NCBI RefSeq assembly: GCF_004010195.1
Contig: NC_057719.1
Span: 20,428,362-20,482,209, forward strand
DNA from: Chiloscyllium plagiosum
Taxonomy: Eukaryota
Length of the DNA stretch: 53,848 nucleotides
Reading direction: 5' to 3'
In this document: piece after piece, positions 1 through 12,256 of the stretch
Numbering within the stretch: the first letter of the stretch is position 1
Layout of the letters: each line of letters starts with the position of its first letter
Position numbers and translations under genes: made by a program
The notes under the pieces: model-generated
Told to the model about the DNA's origin: nothing
The model's database searches: none
The model's input: the letters and a program-made list of their open reading frames with translations, nothing else

Positions 1-500
1 TATTGACATGGTTCCAAATCCCACATCAGAAAAGACAAATCTGTTGAGTCTTACTCCAACAATATATTCTTTGTAAGGAAATGGGCCACTTTTCTCAAAG
101 AGGGACAAGAGTCCAAAGACAATATAAAGTATGCAAACAAATTCTTTCCACATTGACATGTACATTCATACTTTGGAACAAAACCTTGAAGAACAGGTCA
201 CTACTACAATGGAACACGTTTCTTTTTATGACAGTCAGCTACTTATGCATGAACAGCATTGCACTTGAAATGGCTCCTCAGAGGTCGTTATCCAATCACC
301 AAGTCACCCTTTATTTACATGTGGAGAGTCCTTGACACTGATCTAGCTCCCTCAGAGCCAGTTCTCAAAGTGAACAGAAGATCTAATGCTCCTGTTCCTA
401 TCTGTCAGCCAAGTCTCCCTGATTGGATCAGATTAACAGCCCCAATCCGGGAACTCATATTCTATGAGGGCTACCTGGCTGACCTCAATACAACCACTAC
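1..500 (-). mobile_element. Probable LTR fragment running off the window start
   Basis: Ends ...ACCACTACA at 500 (minus strand starts TGTAGTGG, an LTR-like TG start). Non-coding. The other end and any TSD are not visible. Confidence 0.3.
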
Positions 501-766
501 AGTACTCTTCCAGATAGCACTGATCTTGAAGCTATTAACAGTGAAGAAAAAAAATCTAATCTTACCAGATATTCCAGCAGTTACATCTACAGAGAACCCT
601 TCAGCTAGTTGAATGATTCAGCTGTGCGCTCAAGATGAAGATCAATTCAATCACTGATCTACTAGAAACCAGCAGAGAAAAAGGAAATTCACAAAATTTG
701 CCTGGTGTGTTTCTATACCTCATCATAGACACTCCTACCCACCCATGTATAGAGATTCAGTCAGTT

Positions 767-1085
767 GTCATTATAGTGTTAACGTCAATAGAATACTAAT
801 CCAGAGAATCAGGCTAAAGTTCTGGGGAATTACTTCAAATCTCAATATGGCAGATGATGAAATTTGAATTCAATTAAAATATGGTTAAAAACGTCAGTCA
901 AATAGTAACTATTTAATGACAGTTCATTTTCATAAAAACCTCTCCAGTTCACTGATGCAGTTTAAATAAATAAATCTGCTTTCCTTATCTGGCCTGGCTT
1001 CTCAATATCTCCAAAACCACTGCAATTGGACAATTAAGGTTGGAAGCAGTTGCTGATCTAGCCAGTATCACCAATAAATGTATAA
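767..1085 (+). mobile_element. Degenerate tRNA-derived SINE (family B)
   Basis: Colinear similarity with 37190-37532 and 37725-38075 (taatccagag...ttctgggg...aatttgaattcaat...aaatctgc..cctta.ctgg.ctg...caattaagg...ctagccagt). Confidence 0.6.
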
Positions 1086-1210
1086 TAGTTTAAAAGTCAA
1101 AGCTTTGAGCAGAGTTGGGAGACAATAGGGAAAAATGTTTGCAGTGGGAGCACTGAGAACGAGGACCGGAGGCTGCTGGGAAGTTAAATTAATCCTATAA
1201 AAAGCTTACC

Positions 1211-3690
1211 TCATGAATAGGCAGAGCAGGAATGGTTGTTGCAGGTTCTGGGGTTTAGATGTTTCAGTAAGAACAGGGAAGGTGGTAAAAGAGGGGGAGG
1301 TGTGGCATTGTTAGTCAAGGACAGTATTATGGTGACAGAAAGGACATTTGATGAGGACTTGTCTACTGAGGTAGTGTGGGCTGAGGTTAGAAACAGGAAA
1401 GGAGAGGTCACCCTTTTAGGAGTTTTCTAAAAGTTCCAGAGATGTAAAGGAAAAGATTGCAAAGATAATTCTGGACAGGAGTGGAAGTTACAGGGCAGTT
1501 GTTATGTGGGGGCCTTTAACTTTCCTAACATTGACTGGAAATGTTATAGTTGAGTACCTTAGATGGGTCAGTTTTTGTCCAATGTGTGCAGGAGGGTTTC
1601 CTGACACAGTATGTAGACAGCCAACAAGAGGCGAGGCTACATTGGATTTGGTACTGGGTAATAAACTGGGCCAGGTATTAGATTTGGAGATAGGTGAGCG
1701 CTTTGGTGATAGTGACCAAAATTTGGTTAAGTTTGCTTTAGCGATGGAAAGGAACAGGTATATACTGTAGGGTAAGAGTTATCGCTGGGGAAAGGCAATT
1801 ATGATGCAATTAGGCAAGATGTAGGATGCATAGGATGGGGAAGGAAACTGCAGGGGTTAGGTACAATTGAAATATGGAACTTATTCAAGGAACAGCTATT
1901 GCATGTCATTGATAAGTACGTACCTGTCAGGAAGGGAGGAAGTGGCTGAGTGAGGGAATCATGGTTTACTAAAGAAGTTGAAGCTCCTGTCAAGTGGAAG
2001 AAGGAGGCTTATGTGAAGATGAGGCGTGAAGGCTCAGTTAGGTCACTTGAGAGTTACAAGTTAGCCAGGAAGGACCTAAAGAGAGAGCTGAAAAGAGCCA
2101 GGAAGGGATGTGAGAAGTCTTTGGTGGGTTGGATCAAAGAAAACCCTCAAGCTTTCTATAGCTATGTCAGGAATGAAATAACGAGTAAAGTAAGATTAGG
2201 ACCTGTCAAGGACAGTAGTGGGAAGTTGTGGGTGGAGTCGGAAGAGATAGGAGAGGCACCACATTGTCTGTAGGAATAGAGCCAGAGGACTTGAGGATAG
2301 CAAATATTGTCCCCTTGTTCAAGTAGGGGAGTAGAGACAACCCTGGTAACTATAGACCAGTGAGCTTTACTTCGGTTGTGGGTAAAATGTTGGAATGGAT
2401 TAGAAGGGATAGAATTTATAATCATCTAGACAGGAATTATTTGGTTAAGGATAGTCAACACAATTTTGTGAAAGGTAGGTTGTGCCTCACAAAACGTATT
2501 GAGTTCTTTGAGAAGGTGACCAAACAAGTGGACGAGGATAAAGCAGTTGATGTGATGTATATGGACTTCAGTAAAGTATTTGATGAGGTTCCCCACAATA
2601 GGCAATTGCACAAAATACAGATCATGGGATTGAGAGTGATTTAGCGATTGGATCAGAGATTGGCTAGCTGAAGATGACAGACAGTGGTGGTTGATGGGAA
2701 ATGTTCATCCTGGAGTACAGTTACTATTGGTGTACCACAAGGATCTGTTTTGGGGCCCCTGCTGTTTGTATTTTTATAAATGACCTAGGTGAGGGCATAG
2801 AAGGATGGGTTAGTAAATTTATAGATGACAATAAAGTCAGTGGAGTTGTGAACGATGCAGAAGGCTGTTGCAGGTTACAGAGGGACACAGATAATCTGCA
2901 GAGCTGAGCTGAGAGGTAGCAAATGCGGAAAAGTATGAGGTGATTTACTTTGGAAGAAGCAACAGGAATACAGAGTACTGGGCTAATGATAAGATTCTTG
3001 GTAGTGTGGATGAATAGAGAGATCTCAGTGTCCATGTGCATAGATCCCTGAAGTTGCCACCCAGGTTGATAGGATTGTTAAGAAGGTGTATGCGGTGTTA
3101 GCTTTTATTGTTAGAGGGATTCGGAGCCATGAGGTCATGTTACAGCTGTACAAAACTCTGATGTGGTCGCACTTGGAGTATTGCATGCAGTCTGGTCACC
3201 ATTTCATAGGAAGGATGTGGAAGCTTTGGAAATTGTTCAGAGGGGATTTACTGGTATGCAGGGAAGGTCTTATGAAGAGATGTTGAGCGACTTAAGGCTG
3301 TTTCGTTAGAGAGAAGAAAGTTGAGAGGTGACTTAATTGAGAGATATAAGATAGTAAGACAGTTAGATAGGGTGAACAGTGTGAGCCTTTTTCCTTGGGT
3401 GATGATGGCTAGCATGAGGGGACATAGCTTTAAATTGAGGGGTGTCAGATATAGAACAGATATCAGACATAGTTTCTTTAATCAGAGAGTAGTGGAGCAT
3501 GAAATGTGCTGCCTGCAACAGTAGTAGACTCGCCAACTTTAAGGGCATTTAAATTGTCATCGAATAAATATATGGATGAAAATGGAATAATGTAGGTTAG
3601 ATGGGCTTCAGATCGGTTTCACAAGTCGGTGCAACATCAAGGGCCAAAGAGCCTACACTGCGCTATATTGTTCAATGTTCTATGTTCTAA
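1211..3690 (+). mobile_element. CR1-clade LINE (HER1-like), 5'-truncated, decayed ORF2 (APE endonuclease + RT)
   Basis: ORF pieces GGKRGGGVALLVKD, EATLDLVLGN, GDSDQN, IKENPQAFYSY, VDVMYMDFSKVFDEVPH, IFINDL..SKFIDD, YKTLMWSHLEYC, RGDLIE. Frameshifts, stops and an internal deletion near 2262. 3' tail of TTCTATG-like repeats at about 3668-3689. Confidence 0.93.
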
Positions 3691-3763
3691 ATGTACAGTA
3701 ATATTAAGTAATCTAAGAAACTGACTTGACAATGCATATAAATTTAATCAATATTCAAAACAA

Positions 3764-4110
3764 GTCATAGAGTCACGGAGCCACAGAATTGTACAGCACA
3801 GAAACAGACCCTTTGGTTCAACTCGTCCATGCAGACCAAATTTCTTAGACTAAACTAATCTCATTTGCCTATTTTTGGCCCATATTCCTCTAAACCTTTC
3901 CTATTCATGTACTTGTCTAAATTTCTTTTAAATATTATAACTGTATCTGCATTTACCACTTCCTCTGACAGTTCATTCCACAGCTTAAAAATTCCACATA
4001 CAAACCATCCTCTGAAAAAGTTGCCCCTCAGGTCCCTTTTAAATCTTTCTCCTCTCACCTTAAAATTATGGACTCTACTTTGACTCCATGACCCTAGGGA
4101 AAAGACTTTG
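3764..4110 (-). mobile_element. CR1 3' fragment
   Basis: Minus ORF SRVHNFKVRGERFKRDLRGNFF..WNELSEEVV..FKRNLDKYM; CTCTATGA-type tail at the left end. Confidence 0.88.
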
Positions 4111-4909
4111 GAAAAAAGCCTTTTGTAGACTTGCATTGTGTAAGAGCTTTAGGATCTTGGAACAACTTTGCAAAAGTGTCATGGAGCTGCACCCCACTGG
4201 GCATAAAAAATCTCAGTGTAGGTGGAATATCTTGGTGAGAGATTGGAAGAATGAAGTGAGATGGAAGTTGGACTTTAGGTCTTTTAATATTGTGACAGTA
4301 AGTTTAGCGACTCGTACAGTCTCAGATTACAATGTAGAATAATAGTTAAAATGAATATATATTGAGCAAAGTCCTAAAGAAGTCTAAGCCTAAAGACAGT
4401 TCTCAACCTTTCACTCTCCTCAGCAAAGCTGTCTTGTTCTTCAATGTGGACAATAAAACCACATGATAAAGCAAGTAATATTTAACATCCAGTCTTGCCC
4501 TTCCTTGAGCTACATCTCTGTTATTGCCACAATATGTACTCCTTGTATTTATACATTTGAACATTAACTCCGTTTTGGACTTCATTTCTTTCTCCCTTTC
4601 TCTGACTTCACTTATAAATGTACTATTCTTAATGTTAGTGTCAGCGATAACCCCGAAGCATTTGAAAAACCCTTGTAATCTTGGATCCTACACCTCTGCC
4701 AGTTAGTGTAATCACCTCCCAATAGCACTAGTAAAACAGCATGCAAGGGACTGAGTTTCAGCTCTGTTCAGGTACCATCTTTCCCTGTACCATTCCAAGC
4801 ATCCCTAGAATCAAATTCAAATCTAATACAAATCTAAATCTAAAGACTGCACAATCTTTCCAGCTATGCATTCATCTGCCTTATCCTCCTGTTTCCGTAT
4901 CACTTGAAT

Positions 4910-5215
4910 GTGGCACTAGGAATAATCGGGAGATTACCATGTTTGAGGTGCCGCTCCCGAAACTCTGATTGCAGTTCTGATTTGTGATCTAGGAGAATAG
5001 CCAGGGTAGTTGAGGGTCTGGAATGCACTGCCTGGAAATGTGGAGGCAGGTTCAGTTGAGGTACTGAAGAGAGCATTGGGTAATTATTTAGATGGAAATC
5101 GTGTGTAAGGGTTTGGGGAAAAGGCAGGTGATTGATATTAGATAAAGATGCTTGTTTGAAGAGCCAATGCAGATACAATAGGGCTGAATGGCTTCCTTCT
5201 GCACTACAACAATAG
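4910..5215 (+). mobile_element. Old CR1-like 3' fragment
   Basis: ctggaatgcactgcctg (WNALP), gtggaggcaggttcagttgagg, and the tail gggctgaatggcttccttctgcact. Confidence 0.6.
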
Positions 5216-5223
5216 CATGGTGG

Positions 5224-5533
5224 GTGGCACGGTGGCACAGTGGTTAGCACTGCTGCCTCACAGCGCCAGAGACCCGGGTTCAATTCCCGCCTCAGGCGAC
5301 TAACTGTGTGGAGTTTGCACATTCTGCGCGGGTTTCCTCCGGGTGCTCCGGTTTCCTCCCACAGTCCAAAGATGTGCAGGCTAGGTGAATTGGCCATGCT
5401 AAATTGCCCATAGTGTTAGGTAAGGGGTAAAGGTAGGGGAATGGGTGGGTTGTGCTTTGGCGGGTCGGTGTGGACTTGTTGGGCCGAAGGGCCTGTTTCC
5501 ACACTGTAAGTAATCTAATCTAATCTAAAAAAA
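5224..5533 (+). mobile_element. HE1-type V-SINE, near full length
   Basis: tRNA-like head with A box TGGCACAGTGG and B box GGTTCAATTCC. V-domain tgtgtggagtttgcac...gggtttcctccgggtgctccggtttcctcccaca. CR1-like tail gggccgaagggcctgtttcc, then (TAATC)n and poly-A. Confidence 0.92.
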
Positions 5534-6335
5534 CAATTTGATGATGCTGAGATTCCCAGAACCATCAATCTTTTTACATTAGTCAGTACACAGTTTAGGA
5601 AACAAGTCTATTTGATCAGTATTAAAATATTGATTAAAACTTTTCATTTCTTCAACAGAAGAAATTGGTTACAACAGAAAATGAGTCTTTTATTTTAGCT
5701 TGATAAATGTTTATATTTCAAAGACCAGTGAGCTAAAGATTTCTTCTCTTGCTGAGAAATTCCAATGTGATCTGCTTCAAATTAAAGATTGGAATCAAGG
5801 TTTTGAGGTTATCTGCTAGCCTAAGACGGACTGATGTTTGGAATGAATCTCTTTCACAGCTAGTGGTCGTGCGCATTAATTTTGTAGATTTTTTTTATTA
5901 ATGATCTGCTGTAATTTCAGTTTTGATACTCTTTCTCCAGTCACTGAACTACTCATTTGAAGTTTAAACACACACCAGAAATGTAACTGTGCTTGGTGGT
6001 GTCAGATATCTGTCAGTTAGAAGGAAACGTTGGATTGCATCTGAGTAAAGGAAGGTGGAGGAAGGCAGCACTGAGATTACTTAATGTCAGTGAGAAGCAT
6101 ATTTTGATTTCAGTTATTTTTCACCCTCAACTTCTCCATCTGTTCGGGGAAAAGATAAATTTCATGTTAGGGGGAAATAAGTACATAAACAAGCACAGTT
6201 TCTATTGCAATGTGAAAAGAAACTAACAAGAATGATCTTGACACCCAACTTTCCAGTTTGACTGGGCTGACACATTGGCAGCAGTTATATACATTGTGTG
6301 CTGTGGTTCTGTTCGCCGAGCTGGAAGTTTTTGTT

Positions 6336-6371
6336 GCAAACGTTTCGTCCCCTGGCTAGGCTCATCAGTGC
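6336..6371 (-). ncRNA. Minimal hammerhead ribozyme motif in the inverted PLE terminus
   Basis: Minus strand reads GCA CTGATGA GCCTAGCCAGGGGAC GAAA CG TT TGC. Both core boxes are intact and stem I is GCA/TGC; stem II lacks 4 nt relative to the other copy. Confidence 0.7.
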
Positions 6372-7660
6372 TTGGGAGCCTCCTGCGAAGCACTTCTTTG
6401 ATGTTTCCTCCGGTGTTTATAGTGGATTGTCCCTGCCGCTTCCGGTTGTCAGTTTCAGCTGTCCGCTGTAGTGGTTGGTATATTGGGTCCAGGTCGATGT
6501 GTTTGTTGATGGAGTTTGTGGATGAATGCCATGCCTCTAGGAATTCCCTGGCTGTTCTCTGTCTGGCTTGCCCTATGATAGTAGTGTTGTCCCAGTCGAA
6601 TTCATGTTGCTTGTTGTCTGCGTGTGTGGCTACTAAGGATAGCTGGTCGTGTCGTTTCGTGGCTAGTTGATGTTCATGTATGCGGATTGTTAGCTGTCTT
6701 CCTGTCTGACTGCCAGACTACTGCGACCCCTAGGACTCACAACGGCACACAAACCAACAGCCACGCTCAGACAACAACTCACCAGAACGAAGGACCCGAT
6801 ACCCAACATAAGCAAGACGAATGTAGTGTACAAAACACCATGCAAGGACTGCACAAAACACTCTCTTAGGCATCTGTTGATGAAGTTGCGCGGGTATCCG
6901 TTTTTGGCGAATACCTTGTATAGGTGTTCCTCTTCTTCTTTTTGCAGTTCTGGTGTACTGCAGTGTGTTGTGGCTCTTTTGAATAGTGTCCTGATGCAGC
7001 TTTGTTTGTGTGTGTTGGGGTGGTTACTTTCATAGTTTAGGACTTGGTCTGTGTGTGTCAACAGATGCCTAAGAGAAAGACCACGGAACGAGGACATACC
7101 ACAACCAAAAGGATTAGCCACACTACCATACATCAGGAGCATCTCGGAACTGACAGCCAGACTACTGCGACCCCTAGGACTCATAACGGCACACAAACCA
7201 ACAGCCACTCACCAGCCACTCAGACAACAACTCACCAGAACAAAGGACCCGATACCCAACATGAGCAAAACTAATGTAGTGTACAAAATACCATGCAACG
7301 ACTGCACAAAACACTATATAGGACAAACAGGAAGACATCTGACAATCCGCATACATGAACATCAACTAGCCACAAAACGACACGACCAGCTATCCTTAGT
7401 AGCCACACACGCAGACAACAAGCAACATGAATTCAACTGGGATAACACTACTATCATAGGGCAAGCCAGACAGAGAACAGCCAGGGAATTCCTAGAGGCA
7501 TAGCATTCATCCACAAACTCCATCAACAAACACATCAACCTGGACCCAATATACCAACCACTACAGCGGACAGCTGAAACTGACAACCAGAAGCGGCAGG
7601 GACAGACCACTATAAACACTGGAGGAAACATCAAAGAAGCGCTTCACAGGAGGCTCCCAA

Positions 7661-7700
7661 GCACTAATGATGTCGCCTAGCCAGGGGACGAAACGTTTGC
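7661..7700 (+). ncRNA. Minimal hammerhead ribozyme motif in the PLE 3' terminus
   Basis: GCA CTAATGA T GTC-GCCTAGCCAGGG-GAC GAAA CG TT TGC. Stem II is intact; the core has one substitution (CTGATGA to CTAATGA). Confidence 0.7.
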
Positions 7701-8157
7701 AACAAAAACTTCCAGTTCGTCGAACAGAACCACAGCAACGAGCACCCCAGCTACAAATCTTCGCACAAACTTTGAATATACATTGTGTTTCAGCATTGTT
7801 AAATCACAATATTCCATTAGTTGCGATGCAAGGAACATTAAATTTGATCTTTGAAAGGAATATTTCCATGTTGTACAGGAAAGAATCACCAGGGGCCAAA
7901 GAAAAAAGTGGCATTGCTCTATAACTAAAAATTATATTAGTTTTATTTATCCATCAATCCATTGAGTCCACCTTTCTCATAAAGTGAACTAGTCACATCA
8001 TTCTCTGTTGGTTGCTTGCTAAATTATTACTTAGCAAATATGTAGCTTTGATGTCAATGGTTTATTGCAGCTATCTTCTTTGTTACCTGCTTAAGCTATT
8101 CCATTATAACTTTTACCCTGTATATGAATTGATATATGAGCATTACAGTAAATACAT

Positions 8158-8975
8158 TGTGACAATGCTATGGTTTTAAAAGGTTATTTTGTCCTGGTCA
8201 TTTTTTTTTTGGAAAGAGAGAGATTGGATGACAGACAACAAGCAGTCGAGGAGTAGATAAACAACTTGAAAAGTTTTTTTTTGAAGCTGAAATAATAGGA
8301 ACAGCCTGAATGGGTGTGGTCAAGCTCCCACCCACAGGGGTTATCAGATTTTAGTTTTCAGTAGCAGTTGCTGCTAGGGCCTTGAAGAAATGGAAGATTT
8401 TTTTCCCCTCTCAATTATAACCAAAAGCTGGGGTTCTCTTCCTCGGCTGCTGAGTTGCATGTGAGACTAAATGTGTTTTCTGAATTTGCTTTTTGACAAG
8501 GATGTGTTTATGGGATGTTACAACATTGGAAATGTTAATTAGTAACATTTACTGCAACCATTATTCTGTTAAAGTTTTCAATAGAGTTAGGTTGTTTCAA
8601 GTTCTTTCTTTTGTCGTATTTCAACGAAAGTTTGGACAAACTGTGTTTTGCTGAACATCGAGTAGTTTGACCGATCAAATTACATCTGGAACTCAGCATA
8701 GAACATTACACGCAGTACAGACCCTTCGGCCCTTGATGTTGCGCCGCCTGTCATACTAATCTGAAGCCCATTCCACCTACACTATTCCATGTACATCCAT
8801 ATGCCTGTCCAATGACGACTTAAATGCACTTAAACTTGGCGAATCTACTACCGTTGCAGGCAAAACATTCCACACCCTTACTACTACTCTCTGACATTTA
8901 CCTTTAAGATAAGAAAAGCTAAAGTCGAGGCTGTCTTCTTCATATATTTTAGGGAGGCTGGTCTGGTCCATAATA
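8158..8975. mobile_element. Solo LTR (Gypsy/ERV-like) with a 4-bp TSD, interrupted by a CR1 fragment
   Basis: Starts TGTGACA and ends CATAATA (one change from ..TAACA). ACAT lies on both flanks (8154-8157, 8976-8979). Non-coding interior. Confidence 0.55.
8697..8886 (-). mobile_element. CR1 3' fragment nested in the LTR
   Basis: Minus translation RVVVRVWNVLPATVVDSPSLSAFKSSLDRHM; similar to the tails at 3480-3690 and 51880-52060. Confidence 0.88.
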
Positions 8976-9494
8976 ACATTAATGTTTTACATCAAGCATG
9001 TGATCACTACTTTTCAGGCTAATGAATAAAAAGAAAAATAGTGCATTATAGAGGGAAAAAACAATTTTTTTTGTTTTAATTAGCCTCACTTCTTGCATGG
9101 TAGGAATTGGAGATGGACAATCAATGGCCAATCTACAGAAGCTGTCATCGTCAACACTTTTTGTGGTTATGCACACGCTTGCTTAGTGTCATCAGATCAG
9201 AGAACTGAACCTCAGAAACAGCTTCTGGCTCAACCCCACTCTCCGAAAACATCGGGCTGAACGTAATTGTTCGGTCTGTCATGTCCATGTTACTAAGGGC
9301 AAAAATCTTCTCTAGCCTTCAGTGGGCAATAGTGAATCAGTTGGGAAGACATGGTAAGAATTTTTTAATAATGAGATTCTTGAGATCAAAAGAAATTCCA
9401 GGAGCTAAGAATCTCATGACTGAGTAGCTAGAAGTCTATCAGCAAGCAGTAATATCTCAAATTACCTCTTCTCACCTCATTAATGTGGATTTAT

Positions 9495-9615
9495 ACAGAG
9501 TCATAGAGTCCTACAGCAGAGAAAGGCCCTTTGGCTCAAATTGGTCCATACTGATCAAAATGTCCATCCATGCTAGCTGTATTTCCCTGCACTTGGGCCA
9601 TATCGTTCTAATCCT
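9495..9615 (-). mobile_element. CR1 3' tail, left part of a copy split by the PLE
   Basis: cagagtcatagagtcctacagcagagaaaggccctttgg tail; the copy resumes at 12087. Confidence 0.8.
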
Positions 9616-12086
9616 GATACTGAGCTCTTCATCCGTCACCTTCATGCTCACTTCTTTGGGCAAGAGTCCTCCCCCCGCTCCACAGATCCTTTCACATCAC
9701 TCCAACATTCCATCTCTAATTGGACACCCCTGCCAGGACAATTTCCTGCCCTCGATCTTTTCATTGACGATTGTCAACGGGACATTGGCCGCCTTAATTT
9801 TTCTGCCCCTCTTACCCATTCTAACCTCTCTCCATCCGAACTTTCTGCTCTTCACTCCCTTAGGTCCAACTCTCAGATTCCTCCTCCTACCTTCCCCTGG
9901 AGCATGACCACACCACTGAGCATCAAGCCATTGTCTCCAACACCGTGACTGACCTCATTTCCTCCGGATGACTCCTCCCCACAGGTTCCAACCTCATAGT
10001 CTCCCAAAATCCACAAGAAGGACTATCCCGGCAGGCCCATTGTGTCAGCATGCTCCTGCCCCACTGAACTTATTTCCTCCGACCTTGACTCCATCCACAC
10101 TCCTCTGGTTCACTCCCTCCCCCTCATCTGGGATTCCTCTGATGCCCTGCAACACATTGACAGCTTTCAATTCGCAGGCCCTAACCACCTTCTATTCACC
10201 ATGGATGTGCAATCCCTTTACACTGCCGTCCCACACCAAGACGGCTTGAAAGCTCTTCGCTTCTTTCTTGAAAAGAGGTCCGAACAATCTCCATCCACCA
10301 CCACTCTCCTCCGCCTGGCTGAACTTGTTCTCTCTCTCAACAACTTATCCTTCAACTCATCTCATTTTCTCCAAACCAAAGGTGTAGCAATGGGTACCTG
10401 CATGGATCCTATCTACGCCTGCCTTTTCATGGGATATGTGGAACATTTCTTGTTCCAGGCCTACCCGGTCCCCTCCCACGACTGCTTTATCGGTACATCA
10501 ATGACTATTTTGGTGCAGCTTCATGCTTTTGTCCTGACCTGGAAAAATTCATAAACTTCGCTTCCCGTTTCCATCTCTCCATTACTTTCACATGGTCCAT
10601 CTCTGACACTTGCCTTCTTTTCCTTGACCTTTCTGTCTTCATTTCCGGCAATAGTCTATCCACTAATATCCATTACAAGCCCACTGAATCCCACAGATAT
10701 CTGGACTACAGCTCTTCTCACCCTACGTCCTGCAAGGACTCTATCCCTTTCTCTCGGCTCCTTCGCCTCCGCCACATTTGTTCCGATGAAGTCACTTTCC
10801 AAAGTGGTGCTCTTAATATGTGCTCCTTCTTCTCCAACCATGGCTTCCCACCTACAGTTGTTGACAGGGCTCTCGACAGCGTGTGGTCCATCTCCCACGC
10901 CACGACCCTCACCCCCTCCCTCCCCTCCCAGAACAAGGATAGGGTCCCTCTTGTTCTCACCTTTCACCACACCAGCCTTCACATGCAAAGAATAATGCTC
11001 CGCCATTTTTGCCAACTCCAACACGATGCCACCACTAAACACATCTTCCCTTCCCTCCCCCTGTCTGCATTCCACAGAGATCGTTCCCTCCCTCCGGGAC
11101 AACCAAGTCCACTCCTCCATCACACCTAACACCTCTCCCATCACACACGGCACCTTCCCATGCAATCGCAGAAGTGCAACACCTGCCCCTTTACCTCTTC
11201 CATGCTCACCATCAAAGGCCCCAAACACTCATTTCAGATTAAGCACATTTCACTTGTACCTCTTTCAATTTGGCCCATTGCATTCTTTGCTCCCAATGTG
11301 GGCTCCTCTATATCGGAGAGACAAAACGCCGACTGGGTGATCGCTTTGCTGAGCACTTTCAGTCTGTACGCAATCAGGTCCCGGACCTTCCTATGGCTTG
11401 CCACTTCAACACACAATCCTGCTTCCATTCCTACATGTCTGTCCATGGCCTGCTGCAATGTTCCAGTGAAGCTCAATGCAAACTGGAGGAACAGCATCTC
11501 ATCTTCCGACTAGGCACGTTACAGCCTGCCGGTCTCAATGTTGAATTCAACAACTTCAGATGATTATCCCATCTCGACCCCGCTGTTTTCATTCTGCTCC
11601 ATAACTTTATTTTATTTATCCTTTCTTTTATATTTTTTTCACTGTTCTGTATCTCTCATTTCTTGATTGTGTCTCTTTCTCTTGCTCCCCACTCTCTCAT
11701 CAGCTTTTTCCTCTCCTCTTCCCCCTTTGCTACCCTTCTCCCCTGTTTTCCATTTTGCCTCTGCTTCACCCATCCCCTCATCCCCTCATCCCCCACATAT
11801 TTTGTCACATAGCACTGGCTTCAGCCTTGGTCATTCACAGCTCCTAATCTCCCTTTAATCTCTCTATGCACTGTCATTATCATCTCTTTATTGCTATCTT
11901 TGCTTCTCTCAGCCTAGAATAAATACCTCCCTATTTCTCCCTTTTTTTAGCTTTGACAAAGGGTCAGTTAGACTTGAAACATCAGCTCTTTTCTCTCCTT
12001 ACAGATGCTGCCAGACCTGCTGAGATTTTCCAGCATTTTCTCTTTTGGTTTCAGATTCCAGCATCTGCAGTAATTTGCTTTTTTCC
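9616..12086 (+). mobile_element. Penelope-like element (Neptune-type), 5'-truncated, decayed RT + GIY-YIG, with a 10-bp TSD
   Basis: RT motifs LLFTMDVQSLYTAVPH, QTKGVAMGTCMDPIYACLFMGYVE and RYINDYF (YIDD mutated). Cys-rich linker TFPCNR/KCNTC. Endonuclease CILCSQCGLLYIGETKRRLGDRFAEH..EQHLIFRLGTLQPAGLN. Frameshifted. Pyrimidine-rich 3' UTR. TTCTAATCCT at 9606-9615 and 12087-12096. Confidence 0.93.
11949..11987 (+). ncRNA. Decayed hammerhead ribozyme motif in the Neptune-type PLE terminus
   Basis: AGCT TTGACAA A GGGTC-AGTTA-GACTT GAAA CA TC AGCT. Reversing three CpG decays and one C>T gives CTGACGA..GACTC GAAA CG TC, a GUC cleavage triplet with stem I AGCT/AGCT. Confidence 0.62.
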
Positions 12087-12256
12087 TTCTAATCCTTTTC
12101 TATCCAAGTATTTGTCCAAATGTCTTTTAAATGTTAATAATGTACCTGCCTCAGCCACTTCCACTGGCAGCTCATTCCTTATGCATACAACCCTCTGTGT
12201 GAGAAAACTGTCCATCAGGTTCTCTTGTATTCTCTCCTCTCTAACCTCGAATGTTT
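12087..12256 (-). mobile_element. CR1 3' fragment, right part of the split copy
   Basis: tatccaagtatttgtccaaatgtcttttaaatgtt...ccacttccactggcagctcattcc...accctctgtgtgagaaa, colinear with other CR1 3' ends in the window. Confidence 0.8.

Larger units (their letters stand above)
6300..7775 (+). mobile_element. Penelope-like element (Poseidon-type), 5'-truncated and rearranged, with a 13-bp TSD
   Basis: GIY-YIG endonuclease ORF 7051-7503 (VVYKIPCNDCTKHYIGQTGRHLTIRIHEH). RT C-terminal piece inverted at 6862-7057 (HTDQVLNYESNHPNTHKQSCIRTLFKRA..NGYP). Inverted copy of the 3' end at 6300-6705. ATATACATTGTGT flanks both sides (6287-6299 and 7776-7788). Confidence 0.93.

Noticed and set aside
5224..5300. 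tRNA gene
   Set aside because: The A/B boxes run straight into a V-domain and LINE tail, so this is a SINE head. The same applies to the other copies.
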